Both the position numbers and the translations under genes were made by a program. The notes under the pieces were generated by a model. It was not told the DNA's origin. It did not search any database and saw nothing but the letters and a program-made list of their open reading frames with translations. A stretch of 64,000 nt of DNA from Callorhinchus milii. Its lineage: Eukaryota. The stretch is from NCBI RefSeq assembly GCF_018977255.1, contig NW_024704770.1, forward strand, positions 3,286,001-3,350,000, written 5' to 3'. This document shows positions 1 to 12,978 of the stretch, piece after piece (the first letter of the stretch is position 1; the number at the start of each line of letters is the position of its first letter).

Positions 1-1164
1 TCCGGGGTGCCGGCTGTACAGTCAGTCATTCAGGGTCACTGACGGACTCGGTAACCCACCCTTGTTCACAGTGTCAGAGCGAGTGAGAGAGAGCAAGATG
101 GAGGCGAAACGTGTGGACTGTTGTACAAAAAGCGGCTGTTGATTTGGAGTCTGGAACTGAATTTATGCCAAGGAAATTTTGATAAGCGCTCCGGGACGCT
201 GCCCCGCGTGAAAGGCGCTATATAAACACAAATCGTTGTTGTTGATAAATCCTGGACAAGCAACAATGATACACGAGGTGCTGGAGTTAGAGCAGAGAGA
301 TCCAATGGTGAGGGACTCTGGGCTACAGCCACTGCTCTCTGCAGTCCCAGTCGCACTGAGATTCCATGGGACTGGCCGGGCTGACAGTTCTAGCTCTCTT
401 CATTCCACAGCGAGAACATTCAGCAAACTGCCAGAGGCACTTCTGAATATTTAAACAGCTTTGTCTTTCCTAAATCATCTTCTTAAAATATGTGAGGGTG
501 GGAGGAGGAGAGGGGGAGGGAGAGTCGGTGGTTGGAGGGGAAGAGGAAACGAGAAGCTTCTGGAGTCCTCCCCTGTAGACACCAGAGCTCCGCTTTGTGT
601 GTGACACCTTACTCGCTTGCGCAAGGCTGCTATCATGTTTGCCTACAAAATACACAGTCACCACAGTTGACAGCAGTTTTCTGGGAAGCGCTTTGTAATG
701 TATAGGTGTTACATGGGTTGGATTAAATGCAAGGATTAGTATTCGAATAATAGAAACTGTACAGTAGTCTGTGAGACACCAGGAAGTGTAGTGACCTTCA
801 GTGTAACACACTTCCTTCCCTCTTAAAGATGTGGACGAATGGGTAGAGGATAAAGGTTAGCATCACTACATGCAATGCTGGACTTTCTTTGGACCTGAGA
901 CCGTTGGTGGGTGCAAAGCCGGGATGTGCAGCTCACACTGCCGCTGATTACAAGCTCCAATTGGCCACATGTGAAATATTCATCATATTCTGCAAGACAA
1001 TTTCCTCCAGTGATTACTTCTTAATCCCACTGAAAAAAAAGAACCTATTTGCTCTGAAAATGACTTGCACCAAAAGGGCTTGCGAATTGCACCAATTCCC
1101 TGGTAGCGACTTGCGCACGGTAATGAGCTCCATCATTATATGCTGAAGCAAGAGGATTTTTAAT

Positions 1165-1278
1165 TTGACTACAAATAAAGCTACACAGTCAATTCACTTT
1201 ACAGTATGTTCTGTGAAGCGCTTTGAGACGTCTCGAAGACGTGATAAGGCGCTGTATCAAATGCAAAGATTATTATTA
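1165..1278 (+). mobile_element. Same SINE family, 3' fragment
   Basis: cagtcaattcactttacagtatgttctgtgaagcgctttgagacgtctcgaagacgtgataaggcgctgtatcaaatgcaaagattattatta. Further 3' fragments lie at about 23660-23775(+), 42325-42492(+), 47560-47668(+) and 48788-48920(+). Confidence 0.85.
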
Positions 1279-1934
1279 CCAGAAAGCCTGGGTTGGCCTG
1301 GTCAGCCTGCTCAGTCAGGAAATAATACGTTCGCAAATAAACTAATAACTAAGGCCCCACGCTAATAATTGGGACATGAATTCAAGGTGAAATGACAGTA
1401 TTTATGGGAAGGAGCTTTGGCCACATTTCCACCGTGTTGCACTAACTTCCCAGTCGTTTCAGATGAGGGCAGACAATGGTATTAGGGCAGACACCGGTAT
1501 TAAGGCCGACACTGGTAATATGTAAACGGGATTGAGGCAAGGAGCTGGCTTTCAGGATAAAGTGCTTTGATGCATTGCCTCTGGGTTGGTGTGTCAGCAC
1601 TGATCACCCAGAACAGTACGACACTCTCAGCTCAGGCCTCTCCCTGAACCTCTACAGAAAATCCATCGCTTAACAAAAGGATCCTTTGTAGAGTTAGAAT
1701 CCCTGCCTGTCATTTGGGGGAATGCAGTCCTTATGTTCATCACAGATAGCCTCAATACTGATGGCAAATGCCAGCAGGGATGTACAGTATGTTGGATACC
1801 AGCAGAGATGGACTGGGCTTACCAACAAGATGGAGCAGAGACAGATCTCCTTACTTGCTCCCCTGTAATACACACACACACACACACACACACAGGCACA
1901 AACTGTCCTCTCACAAGGTCTGCTTGTTTGAGTT

Positions 1935-2220
1935 GCAGAAACTCTCACGTTTAGATGAGAAGATTGTGGGTTCAAGTCCCACATTGGGTGTTTGAGCTCA
2001 CAGTCTAGGCTGACGCTCCAGTGTAGACCATGGGGGAGCACTATGGATGAGACGTTAAAACAAACTGGTGAAGGTAAACATTAAAGATCTGTGAAGCTTT
2101 TGGAAAAAAGGGATTATTTCCCAGTGTGCTGGCAAAGAATCCTCCAGATATAATAGTTATTCACGTCATGGCTGTTTGGGAGACCTTGCAGTGTACAGAA
2201 TGACTAACATGTTTGCCCAC
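1935..2220 (+). mobile_element. Older SacSINE1-like Deu-SINE remnant
   Basis: gaagattgtgggttcaagtcccac...gagctcacagtctaggctgacgctccagtg...ggatgagacgttaaa...gctgtttgggagaccttgc. Related remnants lie at about 13365-13510(-), 26080-26220(+), 37170-37605(-), 40905-41290(-), 43045-43325(+), 57890-58118(-) and 61355-61625(+). Confidence 0.7.
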
Positions 2221-2784
2221 AGCGACTTCCTGCGAGGGCTTTGCGGCAATACATCAAATGTGAGGATTATAATGATTACATCAGGACTGGCGCTGCCAGG
2301 AGCGGGCAGCGAGGTGCCAGTGCTCGCGGGGTTAATCTTTAATGTGCTGTGTGGACGAGGCAGGAGGATGGTGCATGTCCGCATTTCACTAGTGATTGAT
2401 GCCACCCACGAGCTGGTCAATAAATGCTTTTGTTGGGTTTCCACACTGTAATTTGTCAAAATACTCGATCCATTTCACTGCCCTTTGCTTGAAACCAACC
2501 CTGAATCAGCACTTCCCAGCTCCTACCAATTACATTTCTCTGGAACACTTTAAATTGCTCCCCGTAAAGCCAAATACCAACACAGTCAGGCCAGGCAGAA
2601 ACCTCCCCCCCCTCCCCCCAGACAGCCTCACAAGACAATTCTTGTATCGTACTGCGGACACTCTTGCTAGAGACTGATTGAGTCCCATGATGGATACACT
2701 CTTATAGAGAAGCTTTAGTAAGTGCTTTCATTGATCTACTTTCTTCACTTAATCAGAAGCTTCAATATTGGGGCCAGAGGATGT

Positions 2785-2992
2785 AGTTAGTGTACACACA
2801 CAGAGATAATACAGACATGGAGCCTCACAGATAACAGAGACATGTAGTGTACACACAGAGATAACACAGACATGTAGTGTACACACACACAGATAACAGA
2901 GACATGTAGTGTATATACACACAGATAACAGAGACATGTAGTGTACACGCAGAGAGATAACACAGAGTGTGTAGTGTACAGGCACAGAGAGA
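2785..2992. repeat. Minisatellite, ~30-32 bp unit (tagtgtacacacagagataacagagacatg), ~6-7 copies
   Basis: Visible tandem repetition. Confidence 0.9.
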
Positions 2993-3624
2993 ATTCGGAC
3001 CAATGGACTAATGGAGAGGCGGTGGGTGTGCAGTGATTTTGTGTGAGGGTCTCATCTCCCACAACGGGCTTCACACGACCTCATCCCAATCCTGATCAGA
3101 CATTCCTGTTGATTAAGCAGTTAGTGTAAGAGCCATGGATCCTTGTTATTTAAAGAAGAACAAGCGGGCAGCAGGTCACATCATCCTGAGGAATAGTGTG
3201 TGCTGCTCAGCAGAGGGCCTGGGAGGAGAGGTGGCCAGGATAATGGCAGGCTCCACACCAGACTCGCGTCTGCAGCAAACCCCTCCCGACCTCTGACAAA
3301 AGTTTCGGCATTTTCAGACTTGCGCCTATCTTTGATGTCACACTTCACCAAAGTGTGGCTCAGACACTACGTCGTAACCTGCTCAACAGCCCACTGCGCC
3401 ATCCGCAAAGAGGAGAGAGATTCTCTGGTGTCCTGGCCAACAAACAACCCTGCAGGTAAATTGGTCATTCACTCCACCTCTGTGAGCGGGACCTTGCTGT
3501 GACAAATTGGATATCACTTTTGCCTGCAAAATACACAGCCACTTCATTTGATTGTCACAAACATGGAGCTTTTCTGGTTGTTTCGGTATCAAAGGCTCTG
3601 TAAAGACACAAGCTCTTTCTTCCT

Positions 3625-3915
3625 AGTAGAAGAATTCAAAACAAGAGGACAGAATCTTATACGTTACAAGTGACTAAAGGGCACATGTCTTCACACACGG
3701 TTGTGAGAAGGTGGAAGCATTGCACCCAGGAGGCTATTGATCCAGAATCAACGCAGATATTTTAGAAGAGAGAGACAGAAAGACCGATAGATGCTTGAGA
3801 AGTGATGATGTTAAGAGATAATGGGAACAGGCGGGATTTAGAAAGGTAAGAGTTTAGAATGACAGATTGGGCTCAATGCACCAAATAGCCTCCTTCTGTT
3901 CCTGTGTGTTAGTTC
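3625..3915 (+). mobile_element. Degraded CR1 3' fragment
   Basis: acaagaggacagaatctta...tggaagcattgcacccaggaggct...ccaaatagcctccttctgttcc resembles the CR1 3' region. Confidence 0.6.
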
Positions 3916-5258
3916 TCAAAGATTAGCTGTACTTAGCATTCTTCCTCTCCTCACCCCAAACAGGAGCAGGTAGTGTAAAGGAGCTGAAGCTATACTGCAG
4001 CAGCACTGAGCGTAATTGAGGCAAATCGCTCCCTGGAACTCTATAAAAAGGGCATTTATGTAATAAATAAATTTATTCGTAATGTGTTGCCTTGGAGGTC
4101 TGAGCAGAGGAACTCGCTGCAATGTGTGTATGTGTGAGAGAGAGAGAGAGAGAGAAACAAGATTGGAACAGCTGTTAATTCTACAGCATCTTTTACGTAG
4201 GGAGGTTTTTTTGAAAGCAATTTGTGGAAATGTACAATTTCAGCCATCTAAATGTCAACTGCGGTGGCGAAAATGGGATATGTCATAAATGTGATGTGAT
4301 AATTATCACAGGAAAATCCGTTATGAAACGTGGTATTTTCACCTCTATATATTGTACATTAGCATTTCTGTCAATCTAACTCAGTCTCCCTGGCTTTAAA
4401 GTAACCAGTCTTACCGCTGCTATTTCTACTACCAAACAGAGGAATTCATTGCAAGGCACCAAATCAATAGCATCCTCAGGGGCATTATATATAATTCTCT
4501 GATGGCCTTCCTGAAATGCATTACAGTGAGTGGATGAGTGAATTCTGGGTCTGTGTAGCCTATGATTTGGAACTGACAGATGATACGTAAGGAAGGGCAT
4601 TCACTCCACTGTCAGCCACCCCTGTGCTCTGGAACTTGCTTCCCAAAGCACTTGCCCTCTCTCCCCCTCTCGCTCCTAAAAAACAATCTCTTCAAAGTGC
4701 TTTAGGTCAACCTCCTTAAATTTCGCAAGGAGAGGGCAGGGGGATTTGAAGGAGGATAAGATACAGAGGAAGTAAACCATCAACCGAAGCCCGAGGTGAG
4801 ATGACATCAGTTAACTACTGGGGCTTGTCAACGTGTCTCTCGCATCTATACAGAACACTGGGCCGAACAAGATAAGCGCACTGTTGAGGGAAATTACTGG
4901 TTTTATTGTAAAGTAACAAGTTGCCTTGGAGTGCTTTCAGCATCAGGCTCGGAAGCTGGATTAAAAATACGGACTTGAACAGAGATTGCTGTGACTGACT
5001 CACTCCTGAAAGCCTGCTATCTGGTGCACTGGCACCCCTCGGCGGGACTAGGGAGATGTTTGACGTCTTTGGCACTCGGGCACACGCAGGCAATGAAGCT
5101 GGCACTGGCACACAGGCAGACACTGGCACTGTGGCACAAGGGGAGAGAGGCTGTGGTTTGCATTCACTGTGCTCCGCCCCAGGCATGTGAATGAAACTGT
5201 GAGATTCATTAAGAAATTTGAATAAAATAATTGAGAGAGAAAAGGGATGCCAGATAGG

Positions 5259-5394
5259 NNNNNNNNNNNNNNNNNNNNNNNNNNNNNNNNNNNNNNNNNN
5301 NNNNNNNNNNNNNNNNNNNNNNNNNNNNNNNNNNNNNNNNNNNNNNNNNNNNNNNNNNNNNNNNNNNNNNNNNNNNNNNNNNNNNNNNNNNNNN
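5259..5394. other. Assembly gap (N run)
   Basis: N bases. Confidence 1.
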
Positions 5395-8214
5395 CTGGGC
5401 TGAGAAATGACCCTAAAAGCCAGCCTTGCTGGCCATTTCCCATTTGCTGGTATCTCGCTATCTGCTCAGCTGGTGGTGCGCACAGAGCTACTCGAGGGGG
5501 CAATGCGTTTCCGATCACTTGCAATTCACAAGCATACCAGAGGGAGGTGGAGGCGAGCAGCGTGTTCATGAGCTGCAAATGCAGACATTAACTGCGTCAC
5601 CAGGGAGGATGTCTGCGCCGACACAGTGAGAGGAGTGTACAGAGCAGACACAGGGCTCGGAAGTCACAACGGTCTCAACAACAACAACAAAATTACATTT
5701 GTAAAGCACCTTTCACGTCGGGAGGATGTCCCAAGGTGCAGGACTGACAGAGAAAACAAACTCAGAAACAAACTTAAATGGGACTTTTCTATGTTCCCAA
5801 AAACACAAATACTCATTCTGTCCTTTCAAAGAAAGAGGAAGAATTGGTCTGAGTGAAAGTGACAGTACCATTTTGCTTTGGAATGGATGGCCCTGAAGGA
5901 GCTCATTAAAGGGTATTATAGAGCTGCTAATAACAGATTACATCAGATCGGATTCATTTAATTACAGCTGATCACCACACTGAGAGCAGTCTCGCTGGGA
6001 GATCAGAAACATCTGTACAACAAACAATAATCCTGCGTCACAACATCGCAAATTGGTTCGCAGGCAATTACAGGCAAGTGGGGTGACTTTTGTAGGCAAA
6101 TATGGCTGCTATTTTGCACGCAGCGGGGTCCCGCAAACAGCCTTGAAGTGACTGATGAATTTATCTGGAGTTTCACCGGAAATTGACAGCTCAAGTCCTG
6201 GAGCTTGAACCCACAATTATCTGTTCCACAAAAATGCTAGCAATGGGACCCAGCTGAAACCTTAAATAAAAGTACCTAATCTATCTGGTCCAAGTCACAA
6301 TCTCGCTTACATTACCCTCCTCTGGTGGTGTATTGCAAGAGCAAGCTCCCAGGTACCATGAGTGCTTTGATCCTGGAAGGCACATGTCCTCTTCCCTCTC
6401 TGTAGGGAGGAATTACGGCAGCACCAGATTAACTCTATTTATACAGCGTTTTCAAGTGCTCAGAGTTTGGCAAGTAGTTCAATTCAGTCTTAAACTTTGA
6501 AGTTGGTTTTTCTGTAGTTCTTTGTAGAACCTTACAGAAAACTGACTTCTGATAAAGAAAGTATTTAAGGATTTGCCAAATCTCTCGCACTCTGGAATGC
6601 CAAGAAAATAAAGTGGATCAGGTATCAGGTGGGATTTCTCCCCCATCTGTTTCTGTCCCTCTTTATTCAAGTCTTGATGTCCCACCCAGTGTCACTCTAT
6701 CTCTGAACCATCTCTGCGTCCATCCTCTTTGTGTCCAGCTCCATCCTCTCTCCGCGTGTCTGTCACCTGCATCTCTCTCACTCAAGTGGCATGCTAGAGT
6801 GAAGCTTGAGCAAAACACAGAGACAAGAGAGGCACAACACACAGTGGCCGTAAACCTACAGCCATTACATTGTTCAGAGAGGATTCACGTGAAGTGACAC
6901 GAGTTCAATGTGCATCAGCTTGAGTAGTAAGTAACTCCTGGAGGTGACAGACAAATGGGATCATAAGATTAACAAGATGATGTACCAGCAGTGCTCAGAG
7001 ACAAGACACTCCTTCCAGCATCACATCCTAAAACGGTTCCGCTGCACTCTAAAGAAAAACATGTCCAGCACACATTGTGGAACATTGCCACTCAGTTTGC
7101 TGAATATTTCTGTGACTCTAATCACAGGAAACATTTCGAGGCACTTTTAAAATCATTCAGTTGTGACAAAACACTCGTGGCGCTTTTAAACTGACTAAAT
7201 GATCCAATTTTGTGCCAGCCTGGCGTAATGGTAGCACTCTTGCCTCTGAATCACAAGGTCGTAGTTCAAGCCCCACAACCTTCTGATTGCAGACGTGCGA
7301 ATGTGAGCAACTGAGTCTAACTGACACTGCACTTGTAGAGCCTTTCATATCAGAATGAACATGTCAACAACAACAACATGACTGCATTTACAGAGCGCCT
7401 TTCACGTCGAGAGGACGTTCCAAGGCGCTGGACAGTTGGGTCAAATTGATTGAGGAACACGTATGGGCCTATAAGTACAGTCACTACACGGCAGCAATTG
7501 GCTTTGAGACATTTTGTTGTTACAGGCACTGGATCACGTGTGAAGGTTGTTATTAATGATGCCACAATGGAACGTGAGGGGCCGGTCCGAGTTAAGTGAG
7601 ACGTCAAGCAATGGAGACAGACGACATCTTGATGTGACAAGGCACGTTAGGCTCAGCTCGTACCCAAGTATCCGTGATGGGAATTGATAAAACGCGGCTG
7701 TGGGGTGACGGCACATTGACTACTCGCTGGGAGATGGGAAGATTACGCGACGCTAGCACATCACTGGGGTGGACTGACTCAGAGCAGGGCTGTGGATTGA
7801 ACTCACTGCCCGAATGGCTGCGGCTGATTTGCTGCAGAGGAAGCCTTACACTACCTGTATTTAATTACTCTGCTTTCAGATAGTTTGTGTTTCCTAATGA
7901 GTGACTCACTCACTGCCTCTGCTCAGTAGTCCAGGATCCCATTAGCTGAGTCAGCTTCTCTGGGAATAGCTGGAAGGTAACAGGCAGTAAACCAATTGCT
8001 TTTTTCACATACTCACACACACCACAATGCAAACCCTGCCCTCTCTCTCTCAGCCTCTTACACTAAGATTATCTCCCAAGGCTCTTAAGAATCCTGAATT
8101 GGCACTACATATTATATATAAAAATAAAATATATATTATACATAACGTAATACGTATGTTACATGTAATATGTACCATTATACCCAGTGGCAGCCTCTGT
8201 TACCCCCCACACAC

Positions 8215-8364
8215 GATCAGTACCACCCTCCTACCCTCACCCTCCCTGCCCTCCACCCCTCCTGATCCCATCCTCCAGCTCGTGTGAAAATCTTTGAATG
8301 TCCAGCGCCTTGGGACGTACTCCCAACATGAAAGGTGCTGTGCAAATGTAATTTGTTGTTGTTG
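8215..8364 (+). mobile_element. L2 3' tail remnant
   Basis: ccagcgccttgggacgtactcccaacatgaaaggtgctgtgcaaatgtaatttgttgttgttg is the same tail as the 26238 element. Similar remnants lie at about 5676-5745, 7365-7435, 36810-36972, 41700-41800, 43470-43530, 49490-49550 and 59910-59968. Confidence 0.75.
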
Positions 8365-10248
8365 GACAGTCTTTAAACCAATGCTAAAGGATGATGGCGA
8401 ATGGTTTTGAAGGCAAACGCGGCAGCTATTTGGAGGGCAGAACTTTGCATCTTCCCTGTGCCTTGGCTGGAGTGCTGGACAGGGAGTGTAGAGGGGCTTT
8501 AAACGGCACAGTGAAGGCAGGCAGGGCAAGTCGCCTGACTGGGCCAGACTGGGACCTAACCATTGTACGGCTACATAGAGAGATGTCCTTTTAGCTCCTC
8601 ACTAAACATTTTCCTTGAAAAAGGAGGCATGAATAAGAAACACAATCATTTCTTGTGATGTCAGAGCCAAGCCTGTAATTTTCACCCTCTGATGTCATTA
8701 TGTGTAATTGTATGTCTTAAGTTAATTCTATGAATTGTCAGCAGCTGCTGCTACAGAGAGCTTCCTGTTGTGCCAGTCCTGTCATACACTGTATGTCGGT
8801 GGCCATTAGTCTATCTAAACCAGCATACTCTGGTCCCAATTCACCTACAAGCCTGGTCTGTACCGCACTCTAATATGGACCAATTCAGACATTCAGTGAT
8901 TTCATCGATTTCACTCTCCAAAGCGTGAGGTGTTAGTGGGAGGGGGGGGGCCAAAGGCTCGGTCGAAGAGAAAGATCTGGAGACAGGACTTGAACAAGGC
9001 GAGAGAAGGGTTGAGTTGGAGGGATTACAATATAGAGTTCCAGAGTGTGGGGGCAGAGATGCTGAGTGAGATTACTACAGTTACCCTCCCCCTATCCCTG
9101 GTTTGCCTCTTTGCCTCTTGTTCTACCCACTTTGCTCTTCCGACGCTGCTCGTTCTTCACTTAGGAACAGCTTTTGCTGAGTGAAAAGTTCAGGCAAAGT
9201 CCAAGCAACTCAACTGCCTGGGTTTGTAACATAGAAAGTATAGTCAGGGCAGAGCAGGCGAGGGGCATAATAGGCTCATTACTGGGTTGAATAAACTCCA
9301 GGCCTGATTCTCGTTCCGATATCATGTTATTGCAATATTAAAGCCCTCGCAATTGCAGACACCGACAAACTCACAGGTGCCGCGCCATCCATCAGCTCAC
9401 ATTTTTAATTTAAACTGAAAGAGGGGGAATTGCATTTGAAATGATGGAGTTCAGAGTTGGACCAATGCATTACTATGATATGTACAAGTGTGAAGTTAAC
9501 CCCAAGCAAGTACAGGCAAAAACCAGCCCAAGAACCGCACCACTTTGCAATGCCGACAAGGGAGGCAGGTTAGCACAACCTACTCAACACTCCACCAATT
9601 TCGCAGGCTCTTTGCTTTGCTCTGTACCTAAGCCATGCTGCAGTTGGTGGCTTCAGACCTTCAGCTCCAGCCCTTCAACTCCAGCCTCAGGTGAGGATCC
9701 AGTCCTTCAGATAAAAACTGAAACCATGCAGTGAGCGTGGGGAAGTATAGAGAGCTTTACTTTGCACTTAAGCCACGAGTGGGAGTGCTGCATGCTGACA
9801 CACTGCAAACGTCTTCCACTGCCCAACACTGAAATCCCTCAACTTGATGGCAAGAAAAAGCCTTATTGTGAAGTGGATGTAAATAAAAAGTAAGTGAGGA
9901 GTTACCATATGGCCCAGAGGTTTCATTAGCTGTGTTTAGAATTGATCAGAGTTGGATCCATTAGCAAATCACTTTGCGGCAAACTTTTTAATACAACCTA
10001 ATCCTGTCCGAGAGGGAATTCAGTGCCTAGCGAGCTGAACACCAGCCGTGCTCTGCTCTGAATCTACCTAGCGACAGTACCAAATGTAATTTTGAACCAA
10101 TCCATTATTAAAACACAGATTCTGCATCACAAACCTGAGGGCTCATTAAATAAAGTATGCTTTAATTGCCTCCCAGAACCCAGCTAATCCCAGCCCAGTG
10201 GCACCGCTGGCGCGAGAGTCAACGAACGTCAGGACAGTAGTTCACTTA

Positions 10249-10420
10249 GTAATAATACTCGCATTTGATATAGCTCTGCATCATGTCTTTGTGACCACTC
10301 AAAACGTTTCACAGAATATACAGTAAAGTGAAATTGACTGTATAATTTGTGGGTGAAACGCGGCAGCTGATTGCGTACAGCAGCGTCTCAAACACAGTTG
10401 TGGATCGAGAGAGCAAATTA
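10249..10420 (-). mobile_element. Same SINE family, 3' fragment
   Basis: Reverse-oriented tail and Deu core. Further minus copies lie at about 12308-12500, 18988-19162, 27467-27626, 37620-37736, 50314-50420, 52973-53110 and 55437-55553. Confidence 0.85.
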
Positions 10421-10913
10421 TTATTTTTTCAAATTAAATTTTCAAGATAACCCTGCCTTACAGACTAAGATTAGGTGGAATTCGGGCTCCGGGCACGCCT
10501 GGTTGCTTTTTCTGTGTGTTGTGTGGTGCGCGGCTCTGCTGTTAACATCGCTGTCTGCCTTCAATAGGGCTGAGGCTCTGACACTGGCCCAGAAATAAAT
10601 GGTTGCCACACTTTCCGGTTGGTTGACTCATGAGTAACAGCTCATCTGTGGGCATCGGACTGGCCGCTCCTGCCTTCACACTGACAACTGATGCGTGACT
10701 GCTTTCTTCATCTGTGAAGAGCATTGGTATGGATACAAAGGGAAGGGCTCTGTGCCTGCAATGTATCCCACAGCAACACAGAGCAATCAACAGTCGACGA
10801 GCCTGGCAGATCGTAACCCACTTATTAGCAGGGTATTAGGGTGAGTGGTGTCTGGGGAGGTCCTGACTTTTTAATCAATAAATAATCTATAGAGTTGCAG
10901 ACACAGTGTCCTG

Positions 10914-10921
10914 TGACGTCA
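10914..10921. promoter_or_regulatory. Full palindromic CRE (TGACGTCA)
   Basis: Exact consensus about 560 bp from the candidate first exon at 11482-11624. Confidence 0.35.
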
Positions 10922-11481
10922 ACACATCTCAGAACGTTTTACATTCCTGTCATGTGCAGTAATTGTATTTGTAGGCAAACAAGGCTTTATTAGAAGTGTG
11001 GGAAAGGTTGCTCCCAAGCTTGCACTGAGTTGAAGAATGTTCCACAATTCTACCCGCCCTTCCATCTGAAGGCAAAATGCTGTCATGGGCTAAGCCTTTA
11101 TGGAATTTCAGATCACAGGCTTCCCCATCTCCATCAAATCCCAATACTCCCAAAACCTGGCTTGCCACGTATCTGCACGAGGTTCTAACAATGCCTTCAC
11201 AGTATTTCCCATTTATAGTCAAATGCCCAGTGGATGGAGCTGTGGATTTGATCGGTTTTGTCGACAACAACTTCACGTTGACTGGAAACGATCAGACTGA
11301 TCAATGATGACACCCATATCCTCCTCGTCTTTCCTCGGCTAATGGACAGGATCCGCCGTCTCGATGCTTCATTCCCCCAAAGGTGGAAGAACATTCATCA
11401 CTGCATATTCATCTAAATTAAAACCCATCTGCTTAATTGGTCCAGATCTTCATGAGTGTTAATTATCTGCGCATTACTCAC

Positions 11482-11624
11482 CTAACAACATTGTTTGGTA
11501 TCATCAGCAGCTGGAAGAAAGCTGCAGGAAGCGCTCTGCTCCAAGCCATTTGTGAACACTCAATAGCGAGGAGACACAGACAGCCAGTCACAACCCCATC
11601 CCCCTCCCAGACAGTCTTTCCCAT
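11482..11624 (-). CDS. Candidate additional PDE4A alternative first coding exon (MGKTVWEGDGVVTGCLCLLAIECSQMAWSRALPAAFFQLLMIPNNVV)
   Basis: gaaATGG Kozak context, open for 47 codons + 2 nt to a strong TAG|GTGAGT donor. Phase 2, the same as the two confirmed exons. No recognised homology. Confidence 0.3.
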
Positions 11625-12785
11625 TTCTCATCAGCCTCTCCTTCCGAGTACTGGACCACTTTGCGAGGCAGCTATCTAATGTGGCTGGTTGCTAGCAGCG
11701 AGGTGAAGCGGTAATGAGGGTCTCTGCACACAGCCTGCAAATGACTGGTGCCTCAGTGTGCTTGGTTGGTTTAGTGACGGGTTGCTTTAAGCAGCTCATT
11801 TCCTTACACTTGAAGTTCATGAAACGTCTGAATTCTTTTTTCTTCGTTCTTAAAATCTGTTTGAGCATCTCTAAATCTGTGCCCAACCGACTCCATAAAT
11901 ACATGTTTTAATTAGCTAGCTCTCTATTATCGATGTGACTCATACGGCGTGGTTAGGGGTAGAAGAGGAAAGTTCTCTTCACAATAAAAGAGCCAGAGTA
12001 GCGTCAATAAGTCCATTCCCTCACAGTTCAAGGTCCCGAGGAAGCTACAACGGTGACGGATTCCTGTTAATTTTAGCCTTTTACGCGTGACAAAATGTTT
12101 TTAGAAATTCAAACTAGATTGTGCCAGGCATCAGGATCAGGGATGCAAAGTACCAATTATTTTGACAAGTAATTTCCTTCTGCCATTGTACGTGCAGCAG
12201 TGGGGTGACATGCTGGGGTTTAAAAATAGAAGACAAAAGGAAAACGCAGAGAATAATCACTCGCTTTTGTGAACGTGACTCTCAACAATGTTCTTAATAT
12301 GTTAGAGAATAATAATCACGATCCTTGCGTTTGATATAGCACCTTATCACGTTGTTGAGATGTCTCAAAGCGTTTCACAGGAAATACTATGAAGTGGATC
12401 GACTGTGTGTTTGTGTGTGAAACGCGGCAGCCAGGCACACACAGCAATGTCTCACAAACAGCCACGGAATGAATGACCAATTTTATTTGGGGCATTGTTG
12501 GCTAGGACACCGGGAGAGAGAAACTCCTATGCTTTGGCCACAGAGTGAGAGCCGGGGCTGGCTGCTGTATTATGTACAGACTCTTCGATGCTAAGCTAAG
12601 CTACAATCCACTTCTTCAGAACATTGCTTGACCTGTTTATGAATGAATTTTGATCTTCTCAAGTTAGACAGACTAAAGCTCCCTCGGCATTGTCCATCCA
12701 GCACTGTCCTGCAAACATCTTTGATTCTATAGCACATGGAGGGAATTAATCGCCAGGGCACACATGGGTAACTTTGAAAACATCA

Positions 12786-12978
12786 TAATAATAATGATCC
12801 TTGCATTTGATATAGCTCCTTATCACGTCTTCGAGACGTTTCAAAGCGCTTCACAGAACATGCTGCAAAGTGACTGACCGTATATTTGTGGAAAAATGCA
12901 GCAGCCAATTGCGCACAGCAGTGCCCCACAAACAGATCCTCTCGCTTGCTCTAACCACTGAGCTACAGGACCCCACGT
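12786..12978 (-). mobile_element. Same SINE family, internally deleted copy
   Basis: Tail and Deu core joined directly to the head remnant ctctaaccactgagctacaggaccccac. Confidence 0.82.

Noticed and set aside
2396-2677. + strand peptide ...RQFLYRTAD resembling PDE4 UCR1 RRESFLYRSDSD
   Set aside because: Wrong strand, only a short match and no exon context. The real UCR1 exon was not found in the window.
2785-2992. Regularly spaced ~30-bp repeats superficially like a CRISPR array
   Set aside because: Head-to-tail units without unique spacers, no cas genes, vertebrate context.
4376-4600. Minus ORF running into a strong GCG|GTAAGA donor
   Set aside because: Phase 0 is incompatible with the common exon, and there is no homology. 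It may be chance or non-coding.
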